The position numbers and the translations under genes were made by a program. A DNA stretch of 64,000 nt from assembly GCA_965116495.1 (NCBI GenBank), contig OZ220696.1, forward strand, positions 128,001 through 192,000, read 5' to 3'. This document shows, one piece after another, positions 42,286 to 52,555 of this stretch. Position 1 is the first letter of the stretch, and every line of letters begins with the position of its first letter. The notes beneath the pieces were generated by a model. That model was given only the letters and a program-made list of their open reading frames with translations. It had not been told where the DNA came from and searched no databases. Source of the stretch: Gammaproteobacteria bacterium. Lineage in GTDB: Bacteria; Pseudomonadota; Gammaproteobacteria; Eutrophobiales; Eutrophobiaceae.

Positions 42286-42915
42286 TCAGCCTTTGACGGC
42301 AGCCGCCTCCCTGGCCCTGGCTCGTTGCAGTGCCGCCCTGCCCAGTACCGAAGCGGCATAGTCTTTTACGTTCTGAAATTCAACGGGTTGTTTTGCGGTA
42401 CGGGCCCAGGACAAGGTGTGGCCGACCAGGATATCCGCGGCGCTGAAAATGTCTCCAAGGATAAATTTATTTCCATCCAGCCCCTGGCTGAGTATCTTCA
42501 ATGCCTTTTGAAATTCCCATTCGGCAGTTTCGAATACCGCTGGCACGCGTTTGTCCGCAGGCAGTACAAATTTGTGTTTTCCCTTGGTCCACAGGGGTTG
42601 TTCAAGTTCCGACAATACAAAGTAACACCACTGGTCGTGTTTTGCGCGTGCGGCTGTACCAGCGGGAGGGACCAGTTTTTTCTCCGGGAATTTATCGCCA
42701 AGGTAGGTCACTATGGCTGCCGATTCGGTCAGAACCAGGTCCCCGTCACGGATTGCCGGGACTTTTCCGGCCGGGTTGATCTTTAAATATTCCTTGTAGG
42801 CAACCTCGTTGCTGCCCAATGGAACCAGGGTGAATTCATAGTCCTCCTCAAGCTCTTCCAGCATCCAGGTGACCCTGAGACTGCGCGAATTGGGATAGTT
42901 GAATAATTGAATCAT
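42286..42915 (-). CDS. Glutathione S-transferase family protein
   Basis: SRSLRVTWMLEEL, INPAGKVP, LTESAAIVTYL, FSAADI. Start at MIQLF. Confidence 0.92.
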   Translation of the reverse strand: MIQLFNYPNSRSLRVTWMLEELEEDYEFTLVPLGSNEVAYKEYLKINPAGKVPAIRDGDLVLTESAAIVTYLGDKFPEKKLVPPAGTAARAKHDQWCYFVLSELEQPLWTKGKHKFVLPADKRVPAVFETAEWEFQKALKILSQGLDGNKFILGDIFSAADILVGHTLSWARTAKQPVEFQNVKDYAASVLGRAALQRARAREAAAVKG

Positions 42916-43030
42916 GTATCGCCTCTCATGTTGTTTATATCCGTACGTCAAGTATATCAATAATACGCAAACCCTGGCAGCAGTCACCAGCAAAACCCTC
43001 TTTCCATTACAGACGATCCAAAAAGTAACC

Positions 43031-43095
43031 GGGGACAGACCCCTGCATGCCTGCCCTGGCCCCCGAGGCAGGGTCGTAAGCAGGGGTCTGTCCCC
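43031..43095. repeat. Inverted-repeat element (GGGGACAGACCCCTG...CAGGGGTCTGTCCCC)
   Basis: 15-bp perfect inverted repeat in the divergent GST/PPTase intergenic region. Confidence 0.8.
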
Positions 43096-43143
43096 ATTCA
43101 TTTCACGCCCATATTACCTGAAAAAGAGATAGAATCCGGCTGG

Positions 43144-43893
43144 ATGAATGATATGTGGCAAATAGCGCCGGATGATCTTGAGATATCCCCGCATCACGTG
43201 GATATCTGGATGACATCAACGGACCCGGGGGAGGGACAGGTTCAGGCATTCAGGCAATCCTTGACTCAGGCGGAGCTGGCGCGCGCACAAAAGTTCAAGC
43301 CGGTTTCCAGCTACAGGGAATATACTGTGACCCGCGGGCTGCTCAGGCAGTCCCTATCCAGGGTGCCCGGATTGGACATGGCCGGGGTTGACTTTGATTA
43401 TGGTGAGCACGGCAAGCCCTGCCTGGGTACCGGTGTACCCGGAGAAACCATCGCGTTTAACGTATCCCATTCCCATGGCCTGGCCCTGGTGGCGCTCACC
43501 CTGGGGGGCAGACTGGGAGTGGACCTGGAAAAAATCAGGACCAAGGTTGAATGGCGCTCCCTGGCGCAGCAATATTTTTCCGGCGCCGAAGCCCGGGCCC
43601 TGGACGGGTATCCCGGCGAGACCGGTCTGAACGCATTTTTTACTTGCTGGACCCGCAAGGAGGCCTATGTCAAGGCGCTGGGCGGTGGGATTTCCTACGG
43701 TCTGAAGGGGTTTGACGTCAGCATCGACCCGGATGAAACCCATGCGGCATTGACCATACGCTCGAAGGAAGAAGATGCCGACCGCTGGCTGATAAAAAAA
43801 CTCCCTGTACCGGCAACACACGTCGCTGCCCTGGCCCTGGACCGGCCTGCCTGTAATTTCCGGCTCTGGTGCGCTAATGCGTCATTCCGCTGA
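43144..43893 (+). CDS. Sfp-type 4'-phosphopantetheinyl transferase
   Basis: GEHGKP, FNVSHS, LGVDLE, WTRKEAYVKALG. Confidence 0.93.
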   Translation: MNDMWQIAPDDLEISPHHVDIWMTSTDPGEGQVQAFRQSLTQAELARAQKFKPVSSYREYTVTRGLLRQSLSRVPGLDMAGVDFDYGEHGKPCLGTGVPGETIAFNVSHSHGLALVALTLGGRLGVDLEKIRTKVEWRSLAQQYFSGAEARALDGYPGETGLNAFFTCWTRKEAYVKALGGGISYGLKGFDVSIDPDETHAALTIRSKEEDADRWLIKKLPVPATHVAALALDRPACNFRLWCANASFR

Positions 43894-43957
43894 TTCGTCA
43901 TTTGCGCAAGCGGGAATGCATGGATTAGGTTCCTGCTTGCGCAGGAACGACGAATCC
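43883..43957. repeat. Degenerate family C palindromic element
   Basis: gattcgtcatttgcgcaagcgggaat...ttcctgcttgcgcaggaacgacgaatc. Confidence 0.7.
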
Positions 43958-43982
43958 GGATGCACTGACGACAGCTGTGTGG

Positions 43983-45437
43983 CTAAAGACTGTGGACCCA
44001 GGCAACCAGGGCGTTCATCAATTCCTTGCCGTGCCCCTTGTGCGCCTGCTTCCGGTTCAACATGCCTGCAACAATATACTCCCGTCCGGACCTGGCATGG
44101 ACATATCCTGCTATGGCGGATACGTCATCTATCGTACCGGTCTTGATATGCGCATAACCCGAAGCCGGTTTGTATTTCAACCGGTTTCTTGCCGTGCCGT
44201 CTACGCCGGTTATGGATAACGAAGATATGAACTCCGGCCGGTTGGGTATGGTCCAGGCATGATCCAGGATATCCACCAGCAATCTTGCCGAGGCGCGCGC
44301 CTCTCTTGACAGTCCGGCGCCGTTATCGATTTTCAGGGTTTGCGTGTCCAGGCCCAGGTCCGTGAGATACCCGTCAATAACCCGGGCACCCTTTTCAGTT
44401 GTGCCGGGTGCTTCCTGTAGTTCAGCCCCAAGGGTCAGCATCAGTTGCCGGCTCATGACGTTATTGCTGAACTTGTTGATGAGTTTGATGACCTCGGACA
44501 AGGACTTCGAATGCCGGACCAGGAACGGTTCGTCCGTGGCCGGCGCCGTGGCTGTCCTGACCTGCCCGGCGATGTTTCCACCCAGTTGTTGCCATATTGA
44601 CTTGAATAATCCGAATGCATAGGTTTCATGGGTCAGCACTGTCCGGGACAGGATGTAATGATTACAGCGATTGGGGAATCTTCCCGAAAAAATGATGCTG
44701 TCAGCCGTTTCCCGGCCAGGAATTGTCACGGCTATACCCCTCTGGAAACCACCACAATAGCGTTTTCGCAGGCGCAACCGGTTGTCAATCTTCAGTCCGG
44801 CCAGCACCGGTTCGGGATGAACCGTGACGTTCCTGCCGTTCGCTGCAGGGTAGAAATGAAAATGAACCGCCTTGAAATTAACCAGAAACGCGTGCGGCAG
44901 GACGTTATAGGTACGGTACGGCTTATTGTCAAACGCGCCGGGGTTTTCGTACGGAATATTAAAATGAGAGCGGTCGATCAATAGATCGCCTGTTATTTCC
45001 CTGAGTCCGCGCCGCCTGAGTTCCTCCAGTATCTTGCGAAATTCTTCCGTGACGAGATGCGGGTCGCCGTACCCCTTGAACAGGATATCGCCGTGCAGCA
45101 CCCCGTCCCTGATACTGCCCAGGGTGTAAACCTCGGTTTTCCAGCGATAGCCCGGGCCCAGCAATTCCAGGGCGGCGAGCGTGGGGATGATCTTCATGAC
45201 GGATGCGGGGTTGAACGGGAGTTCCCCGTTGACCGCCAGCACCGGCTCCTGACTGCCGACTTCCCTGACGTAAAGACTGTAGGCGGCGGACGGGATTTTA
45301 TGACCGTTGGTAACGATCCCGATGGGGCGGGGCAACTGCGCTGCGCCGGCCCAGGCATACCATCCCGTGATGAAAAACAACACGATTATCCTGAATAATG
45401 GGGTCAGGTCGCACATTGCACATTGGGATGGTTTCAT
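43983..45437 (-). CDS. dacB: D-alanyl-D-alanine carboxypeptidase/endopeptidase PBP4
   Basis: PASVMK (SxxK), KFSNN (SxN), NGAGLSR, KTGT. Start uncertain because it lies within a repeat. Confidence 0.93.
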   Translation of the reverse strand: MKPSQCAMCDLTPLFRIIVLFFITGWYAWAGAAQLPRPIGIVTNGHKIPSAAYSLYVREVGSQEPVLAVNGELPFNPASVMKIIPTLAALELLGPGYRWKTEVYTLGSIRDGVLHGDILFKGYGDPHLVTEEFRKILEELRRRGLREITGDLLIDRSHFNIPYENPGAFDNKPYRTYNVLPHAFLVNFKAVHFHFYPAANGRNVTVHPEPVLAGLKIDNRLRLRKRYCGGFQRGIAVTIPGRETADSIIFSGRFPNRCNHYILSRTVLTHETYAFGLFKSIWQQLGGNIAGQVRTATAPATDEPFLVRHSKSLSEVIKLINKFSNNVMSRQLMLTLGAELQEAPGTTEKGARVIDGYLTDLGLDTQTLKIDNGAGLSREARASARLLVDILDHAWTIPNRPEFISSLSITGVDGTARNRLKYKPASGYAHIKTGTIDDVSAIAGYVHARSGREYIVAGMLNRKQAHKGHGKELMNALVAWVHSL

Positions 45438-45490
45438 AACTTCACACTCATTTCTTCATATGTGCAATGTGCGACCTGACCCTATTATTC
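45393..45490. mobile_element. MITE-like element, same family as 19428
   Basis: gaataatggggtcaggtcgcacattgcacat / atgtgcaatgtgcgacctgaccctattattc. Confidence 0.75.
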
Positions 45491-46231
45491 TCCGCCGCGG
45501 CAGGCTGCGCCGAAGACTTCCCATATTTTTGCGTTCAGGGGATGTGAGCGCCAGTCCCACTCGGGATGCCATTGCACGCCGGCCGCGAATGTCTTGCTGT
45601 TACGGACCCGGACCGCTTCTATGATCCCGTCCGGGGAGCGGGCTTCAACGGACAGGTCGCCGGCGAGGCGGTCTATGCCCTGTTCATGCACGCTGTTTAC
45701 TCTGGTTGTTCTGGCTACGGCCAATTTCCCCAGTTCGCTGTCCGGTTCAAAGATAATGTCGTGGTAGTGGGCGAAGCGCTGTTCGATGCTCCAGTCTTCA
45801 GGCGGGAAGTGGTTCAACTTACCCGGCAGGTTGGGTACATCCTGGTGCAGGGTGCCCCCCAGGGCTACGTTGAGCTCCTGGATACCGCGACAGATACACA
45901 ACATGGGAATGCCGGCGTCGATTACTTTCGGAATCAGGGGGAGGGTCGTCGCATCCCGGTGCGGGTCCTGCACGGTATTTTCCGGCGCAATTTTACCCTG
46001 GTAGCGCTGTGGTTGAATATTGGATCGCGCGCCGGTAAAGATGATGCCATCCACCCTGTCGAGCAGGGCATCGATGTCCAGGAATTCCGCAACAGGCGGT
46101 ACTATCCAGGGCAGGGCGCCGGCCGCGTGAATGACGGCATCAGTATAAACGCCGTATGCGACCGCAGCCGGCATGATATCTCTTATCATGATGTTATCAG
46201 CTGTAATTGCAATTACGGGTTTGCGACTCAT
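45485..46231 (-). CDS. Gamma-glutamyl-gamma-aminobutyrate hydrolase family (peptidase C26, PuuD-like)
   Basis: TGARSNIQP, CICRGIQELNVALGGTLHQ, VNSVHEQG, VQWHPE. Confidence 0.9.
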   Translation of the reverse strand: MSRKPVIAITADNIMIRDIMPAAVAYGVYTDAVIHAAGALPWIVPPVAEFLDIDALLDRVDGIIFTGARSNIQPQRYQGKIAPENTVQDPHRDATTLPLIPKVIDAGIPMLCICRGIQELNVALGGTLHQDVPNLPGKLNHFPPEDWSIEQRFAHYHDIIFEPDSELGKLAVARTTRVNSVHEQGIDRLAGDLSVEARSPDGIIEAVRVRNSKTFAAGVQWHPEWDWRSHPLNAKIWEVFGAACRGGE

Positions 46232-46324
46232 GGTTCTTTAAAGAAGGATCGATCGAAAAAATAATTATGAATTAAGTGTATCAAGGAAAGAGGTCATTAT
46301 CATGAACAATGAAGCATTTTTCGA

Positions 46325-46353
46325 CTGGTTTCCGGCCTGCGCCGGAATGACGG
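46325..46353. repeat. Family C palindromic half-element
   Basis: ctggtttccggcctgcgccggaatgacgg; a second half-element gtcattcccggg lies near 46399. Confidence 0.65.
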
Positions 46354-46539
46354 GGTCAGGCGTCAGCGCCCATAATTTTCAGTGTGGTATAATCGGCAGT
46401 CATTCCCGGGGAGTCGGAACCATAGGGTTTTAATCTGATGAAACTTGAAATTGTCAGGCCAACTGCCAGTTCGCGGGTCAGCGAGATTCCACTCAGAATC
46501 GCAGTAGGCGTCTTGACATTTGTGCCAATTCCGCAAAGA

Positions 46540-48108
46540 TTGATTAAACATCCTCGCCGGCGCAGCGTCCTGAAATTACTATTTCCCGTCATCACCTGCT
46601 GCATCATCTCCGCCTGTGCCCCGAAGATGAAGCTGGTCAATCTGGTCCCCGAGGCTGACGAAACGGTTGCGGAGTTACCCGACGAGTTTAGCGGGAGCGG
46701 GGACCCCGGTTCCTATGAGCCCCTGGAGTGGTGGAAATCGTTCGCAGACCCGGTTCTTGACAGGATAATCGAAGCGGCGCTGGAGTCGAACTTCGACCTG
46801 GCCGAAGCGGTGGCCCGGGTCGAACAGGCCAGGGCGCGGGAACGCATCGTCAAGGCCCCGGCATTTCCGCTTATCCAACCTTCGCTGGATATTACCGGCA
46901 CGGATATACCCACTAATGCAGGTATCGCCGCGCAACTGGATGAAGTCGGGCTGGGCTCCGACGTATACAGTGACTTTGGCATCGAGTTGCCCGACCGGCT
47001 TGACTTGACTACCTATACGTTAAACGCTGAATTCTCTTATGAACTCGATTTCTGGGGACGCAACCGCAACGATACGCTGGCCGCCGGGGCGCAGCGGTCG
47101 GCTTCCGAGGCGGATTACCTGACCGCCCGCATGGGGGTGCTGTCCGAAACCGTGCGCACCTACCTGGAGATTGTCGACCTGCGCCGGCAACACAAGCTGG
47201 TGGATGAAAACGTGGAAATATTCCGGCAGCGCGAGTCACTGGCCGGGTTTCGTTATGGCCGCGGCCGCATCGACACGCTCGCGCTTTACGCTGCGCGCCA
47301 GAACCTGCGCAATGCAGAGGCGGAGTTGCCGCAGATCGAAGCGCTGCTGGCGGATGCTGAAGGCCGGCTCTGGGTAATGCTGGGCGGTTACCGCTCGGAC
47401 CTGGAGGAATTACTGCCCGATACCCCGACGCCCGCCACTGCGCTCGAACCGATTCCGGCCGGCATTCCGGCAGATCTCCTGGCACAGCGGCCGGACGTCA
47501 GTGCGGCAAGGCAGCGCATGGAGGCGGCCCGGTACACGGTCGGCGCCCGGCGCGCGGACATGTTTCCGAGCCTGTCCCTATACGGTTCCATCGGGCTGCA
47601 GAGTACCGAGGGAGGAGAGTGGTTCGACCCGGATCAATGGTTTCGCAACCTGAGCTTCAACCTGCTGGGCCCGGTATTCCAGGGTTCACGGTTGCGCAGC
47701 AACGTCGACCTTGCCGAGGCCAGGTTGAATGAGGCGGCTGCCGCTTACGGACGCAGTGTCGTCACCGCGGTCAAGGAGGTTGAGGCTGCCCTGGCGCGGC
47801 TTGAGGCCAGCCGTCGCCGCCATTCCCTGCTGGCATCCCTCGCCGATGAGGCGCAGGCCGAAAATGCGTTGCAGGAACAGCGCTATGTCTCCGGTGTGGG
47901 TAACTATGAGGATTACCTGACCGCATCGCAAAATCTCCTGGGAGCGCAATCCGGACTGGCAGCAGCTGAGCGTGACCTGGGTTATGCGCGTCTCGCACTG
48001 CACCGTGCGTTGGGAGGCGCGTGGACCGTCCAGGACAGGGAAGCAATCAATCACAGTAACGCAACCTCTGCAGAGCAGGCGCGTTACCTGGCGAACTCCA
48101 CGGAGTAA
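46540..48108 (+). CDS. RND outer-membrane factor lipoprotein (TolC/NodT family)
   Basis: Lipobox IISAC, WWKSFADPVL, SYELDFWG, PADLLAQRPDV, ALHRALGGAW. Start uncertain (TTG 46540 or ATG 46438). Confidence 0.92.
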   Translation: MIKHPRRRSVLKLLFPVITCCIISACAPKMKLVNLVPEADETVAELPDEFSGSGDPGSYEPLEWWKSFADPVLDRIIEAALESNFDLAEAVARVEQARARERIVKAPAFPLIQPSLDITGTDIPTNAGIAAQLDEVGLGSDVYSDFGIELPDRLDLTTYTLNAEFSYELDFWGRNRNDTLAAGAQRSASEADYLTARMGVLSETVRTYLEIVDLRRQHKLVDENVEIFRQRESLAGFRYGRGRIDTLALYAARQNLRNAEAELPQIEALLADAEGRLWVMLGGYRSDLEELLPDTPTPATALEPIPAGIPADLLAQRPDVSAARQRMEAARYTVGARRADMFPSLSLYGSIGLQSTEGGEWFDPDQWFRNLSFNLLGPVFQGSRLRSNVDLAEARLNEAAAAYGRSVVTAVKEVEAALARLEASRRRHSLLASLADEAQAENALQEQRYVSGVGNYEDYLTASQNLLGAQSGLAAAERDLGYARLALHRALGGAWTVQDREAINHSNATSAEQARYLANSTE

Positions 48109-48114
48109 AACGAC

Positions 48115-49320
48115 ATGTCCCGCATTTCCAGTTTCCTCGTTGTTGTAATCATTATCGGCGCTTCCGTGGCATTGGCGTCTTTCCTGGTTTCAAGGGCGCC
48201 GGAGCCGGAGCGCGTCGAATCTCCCCCGCAAATCCCTTACGCGCAGACCGATACGGTAATTGCCGGGTTTGGCGCCATACCCGTGTACGGAGCGGGAACG
48301 GTCAGACCAGGTGCAGAGGTCGATATCGCGCCGCAAATCGGCGGCAGGATTGTCTGGGTTGATGCGGGCTTCCAGAGTGGCGGACGGATACAGGCGGGGC
48401 AGACGGTTTTCCGTATAGAAGAAGCGGACTACCTGTACCGGGTGCAGGAAGCAGAGGCCAATCTCGCTGCCCGCCGCGTGGCCTTGCTCGAGGAACAGGA
48501 ACAGGCGGCTATCGCCCGCGCCGAGTATGAACGTTACTCCAACCGGCAGGGGGACACGGCTGTACAGGCCGGCGTCAGTCCTCTTACGCTCAGGGAACCC
48601 CAACTGGAAGCGGCACGGGCCGAATTGAAACGTGCTGAGGCTCTGCTCGCAGACGCCAGGCTGGCGCTGGCCAGGACCCGGGTAACTGCGCCCTTCGACG
48701 GTCATGTGCGTGAAGAGTCGGTGGATGTGGGACAGATCGTGGGCGCCGGCCAGACCGTGGGACGGTTTTTTGCATCCGCTGCCGTGGAAGTAGTCGTACC
48801 CTTGTCCGATACCGAGGCTGCCTTGATCCCGGGCTTGTGGGAACTTAAGGCGGGCGACGGGGAGCAAGGTGTTCGGGCGCTCGTGGTCGCCCGCTACGGC
48901 GAAGGAAAATATGCCTGGAAAGGCTACGTGGACCGGGGCGAAACTTCCGTTGACGAACTGACGCGCACTATCGACGTGGTCGTGCGCGTGCCTGACCCGT
49001 TCAGTGCAGGAATTCCGCTGGGCCCATCCGCTGTTGCCGGCGCCGGTCCGCCCTTGCTGCTCGGTGAGTTCGTGGAGGTGGAGATCACGGGGCTTGCGCC
49101 GGAGGTTTATTTCCGTGTGCCGAGAGCAGCCCTGCAACCGGGCAATGAAGTCTGGGTCGTGAACCCCGGCGGCAGGGTGGGCATCGTTCCGGTTCAGGTG
49201 CTGCAGCGCGCCGATGACGAGGTATTCGTGACCGGCGACCTGGACCGCGGCCAGGCCGTGATTACCGGTGGAATACAGTATGCCACGGAAGGTATGCGCG
49301 TGCGTACGGGAACTGATTAG
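48115..49320 (+). CDS. RND periplasmic adaptor (membrane fusion protein)
   Basis: N-terminal transmembrane helix, IAPQIGGRI, TRVTAPFDG, VPRAAL. Confidence 0.92.
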   Translation: MSRISSFLVVVIIIGASVALASFLVSRAPEPERVESPPQIPYAQTDTVIAGFGAIPVYGAGTVRPGAEVDIAPQIGGRIVWVDAGFQSGGRIQAGQTVFRIEEADYLYRVQEAEANLAARRVALLEEQEQAAIARAEYERYSNRQGDTAVQAGVSPLTLREPQLEAARAELKRAEALLADARLALARTRVTAPFDGHVREESVDVGQIVGAGQTVGRFFASAAVEVVVPLSDTEAALIPGLWELKAGDGEQGVRALVVARYGEGKYAWKGYVDRGETSVDELTRTIDVVVRVPDPFSAGIPLGPSAVAGAGPPLLLGEFVEVEITGLAPEVYFRVPRAALQPGNEVWVVNPGGRVGIVPVQVLQRADDEVFVTGDLDRGQAVITGGIQYATEGMRVRTGTD

Positions 49321-49325
49321 TCACT

Positions 49326-52300
49326 ATGAGTTCAATCGATCCCGGTCACGGAGAACGCCCCGGCCCCATCGCCTACATGGCGGGCAACGGCATCAGCGCC
49401 AACCTGCTGATGTTTGCCATCATCGCCGCAGGACTTGTGTCGTTGACCGGACTCGAGCGGGAAGCATGGCCCACCGTGCCGTTTAACCATGTCGAGGTCT
49501 CCATGCCCTACCCCGGTGCAACCCCGGAGGAAGTGGAAGAGTCCATCGTCGTCAAGATCGAGGATGAGGTCAGCGGCCTGGAAGATGTCAAGGCGGTGAA
49601 GTCTGTGGCGGCCCCCGGGATGGCTTCGGTCAGGATCGAAGTGAAATCGGGCGCGGATATGAGCGATGCCATGGACGAGATCGAATCCGCGGTCAGCCGC
49701 GTCCAGACCTTTCCCGCCGGCGCGGAACGCGCCGAGTTCAGGGAAATGACCAATCGCCAGAGCATGATCCGCCTGATTGTCTATGGCGACGTCCCGGAAC
49801 GTTCGCTGAAGGAACTGGCGTACCGCATAGAAGATGAACTGGCTTCGCTGCCCGCCGTGTCCCTGGTCGACACCAGCGGCATGCGTGAATACGAAATTTC
49901 CATCGAGGTGCCGCTGCATCGCCTGCGCGCGCTCGGACTCACACTTGACGATATTGCAGATACGGTCCGGCGCAGTTCCCTGGACCTGTCCGCGGGAAGT
50001 ATTGATACCCGGGAATCCCAGGTACGCGTGCGCACCCTGGGTCAGCGCTACGATCAGCAGGATTTTGAGGATATCGTAGTACTCAGCCGTAGCGACGGAA
50101 CGGTGGTGCGCCTGGGTGATATCGCCGGTGTGCGGGACGGCTTCCAGGACCTCGACCTGATTATCCGGCACCAGGATAAACCCGGGGTTTTCGTGGAGGT
50201 ATCCCGGGCCGAGGGCGAGCAGGTGATGAAGGTGGCGACGGCGGTACAGGAGCACATTACCAACGCGGTGATCCCGTCCCTTCCCGATGGCGTCGACATC
50301 ACCATCTGGAATGATGAATCCCAGAGCTATTCGGAGCGCGTCGACCTGCTGGTCAAGAACGGCCTCCTGGGCCTGATGCTGGTGTTGATCGCACTGGCCC
50401 TGTTCCTGGAGATCCGGCTCGCTATCTGGGTCGCCGTGGGTCTTGCCATTTCCGGTATCGGCGCCCTGGCCGTCATGCTGGTCATGGACCTGGCGATCAA
50501 CACCATATCGCTGTTCTCATTCGTGCTTGCCATCGGGATCATCGTCGATGATGCAATAGTTGTAGCGGAGCATATCCATTATGAGCGCAAGCGGGGCACG
50601 CCCGGTGTCGTTGCGGCCATCCGCGGGGCGCGCCGCATCAAGATGCCGTTGGCCTTCGCGGTGCTTACTTCAATCGCTGCATTCATCCCCCTGCTGTTCA
50701 TTCCCGGCGGCATCGGCGAAATATGGTCCGCCTTGCCGATAATCATCATCGCCATGCTGTCGATTTCCCTGGTGGAATCGCTGTTTGTCCTGCCGAACCA
50801 CCTGTCTCACTTGCACGGCCCGGATTGGGCGCCGACCAGCGCGGTCGACCGCTTCTTTGCCGGGACCCAGGGCTTCGTCGATCGCGCTCTGAACAGGTTC
50901 CTTAACGGTCCCCTGGAACGGGCGCTGCGCTTTGCAACGAACCAGCCGGGGATAACCATCGCCGGCGCCATCGGGTTGTTCATCCTCAGCGTGTCCCTGG
51001 TGCCGGCAGGTATCGTGGCCACGACTTTTGCCGACGTGGTGGAGGGCGACTTCGTGACGGCTAACCTGGAAATGCCCGACGGTACCACTGCGCAGCGGAC
51101 CCACGAGGTGGCGCGGGAACTGCAGGATGCCGGAGAGCGGGTCATTGAACGTCTGGACAGGACCCGGCCTGAAGGCGCGCCTTCCCTGTTGTCCGGCGTT
51201 ATCGTAACCGTGGGGCAACGCCCCCGTGTCGAGGGCGGCGGACTCGACCCGGCGCCGAAGTTGAATCCGGAGGCCAATATCGCCACCATCGAGTTCAAGT
51301 TGCTGAGCGCGCAGCAGCGGCAGATCACTACCCGGCAGGTGGTGCAGGCATGGCGGGAAGAGGTGGGTATTCTGCCCTACGTACGCGGCATTGCCTTCAG
51401 CGGGCAAGTCATTGACCTCGGCAACCCCATCGAGGCCGTGCTGTCGCACCCGGACCCGGAACGCTTGGCGCAAATCGCCGACTCGGTAGTAAACGGCCTG
51501 CGCGGCATTGCGGGGGTGTTCGACGTGCGCTCGGACCACACGCCCGGTATCAAGGAGATCCAGCTCGAATTACGGCCGGAAGCGCGTACGCTGGGGCTCA
51601 CGCTTGAAGACATGGCCGGACAGACGCGCGCTGCTTTCTTCGGCGCCGAAGCGCTGCGGGTGCAGCGGGGCAGGGAGGAAGTCAAGGTCTATGTGCGCCT
51701 GCCCGGGGATGAACGCGATGCCATTACCGATATCGAGGGATATCTTATCCGTACGCCGAACGGCGCCGAAATCCCCTTGAGCCAGGTGGCCGTAGTAAAA
51801 TCAGGCACTTCACCCCCGGTGGTGCGGCGCCGGGACGGGCAGCGCGTCGTCATTGTCACGGGGGATGTGAATAAGACCGTGATCTCCGGCGGAGAGGCGA
51901 ACAGTATCCTGGCCGATTCGATCCTGGCAGGGCTGTCCGCCAAAAACCCGGAACTGACCTACCGGTTCGGGGGGGAACAGCAGCAACAACTCGATTCACT
52001 GGGCGCCCTGTACCGGGGTTTTGTGATTGCAATGCTGATGATTTTTGCGCTGCTGGCCATTCCCCTGCGCTCCTATACCAAGCCGTTCATCATCATGGCC
52101 GTCGTCCCGTTTGGGCTCATCGGCGCCATCCTCGGTCACTGGATCCTGGGTGTCGCGCTCAGCGCGGCTTCTTTCATGGGTATCTTCGGCCTCAGCGGCG
52201 TGGTAGTGAACGATTCCCTGGTCATGATCGATTTCATCGACCAGAAACTCAGGGAGGGAGTACCCGTGAGGACTGCGATCATCAACGGCGCCAAGGGGCG

Positions 52301-52547
52301 TTTTCGTCCCATATTGCTGACCTCGGTGACTACCTTTCTCGGTTTCACGCCGCTTATTCTCGAGACCTCAATCCAGGCACAGTTCCTTGTTCCTTTTGCG
52401 GCTTCGCTCGGGTTCGGGATCATGATTACCACTGCCATACTCATGGTGCTCATACCCGCGCTGTATACCCTCTATTTACGCCTGATTCCCCCGCGTACGG
52501 AACGCGCCGTTCCCGCTGCTGAATTACAGACCCGGACTGTGGGTTAG
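49326..52547 (+). CDS. RND inner-membrane permease (AcrB/AcrD/AcrF family)
   Basis: YPGATPEEVE, GIIVDDAIVVAE, GVVVNDSLVMID, RFRPILLTSVTT. Confidence 0.95.
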   Translation: MSSIDPGHGERPGPIAYMAGNGISANLLMFAIIAAGLVSLTGLEREAWPTVPFNHVEVSMPYPGATPEEVEESIVVKIEDEVSGLEDVKAVKSVAAPGMASVRIEVKSGADMSDAMDEIESAVSRVQTFPAGAERAEFREMTNRQSMIRLIVYGDVPERSLKELAYRIEDELASLPAVSLVDTSGMREYEISIEVPLHRLRALGLTLDDIADTVRRSSLDLSAGSIDTRESQVRVRTLGQRYDQQDFEDIVVLSRSDGTVVRLGDIAGVRDGFQDLDLIIRHQDKPGVFVEVSRAEGEQVMKVATAVQEHITNAVIPSLPDGVDITIWNDESQSYSERVDLLVKNGLLGLMLVLIALALFLEIRLAIWVAVGLAISGIGALAVMLVMDLAINTISLFSFVLAIGIIVDDAIVVAEHIHYERKRGTPGVVAAIRGARRIKMPLAFAVLTSIAAFIPLLFIPGGIGEIWSALPIIIIAMLSISLVESLFVLPNHLSHLHGPDWAPTSAVDRFFAGTQGFVDRALNRFLNGPLERALRFATNQPGITIAGAIGLFILSVSLVPAGIVATTFADVVEGDFVTANLEMPDGTTAQRTHEVARELQDAGERVIERLDRTRPEGAPSLLSGVIVTVGQRPRVEGGGLDPAPKLNPEANIATIEFKLLSAQQRQITTRQVVQAWREEVGILPYVRGIAFSGQVIDLGNPIEAVLSHPDPERLAQIADSVVNGLRGIAGVFDVRSDHTPGIKEIQLELRPEARTLGLTLEDMAGQTRAAFFGAEALRVQRGREEVKVYVRLPGDERDAITDIEGYLIRTPNGAEIPLSQVAVVKSGTSPPVVRRRDGQRVVIVTGDVNKTVISGGEANSILADSILAGLSAKNPELTYRFGGEQQQQLDSLGALYRGFVIAMLMIFALLAIPLRSYTKPFIIMAVVPFGLIGAILGHWILGVALSAASFMGIFGLSGVVVNDSLVMIDFIDQKLREGVPVRTAIINGAKGRFRPILLTSVTTFLGFTPLILETSIQAQFLVPFAASLGFGIMITTAILMVLIPALYTLYLRLIPPRTERAVPAAELQTRTVG

Positions 52548-52555
52548 CGGCGGAC

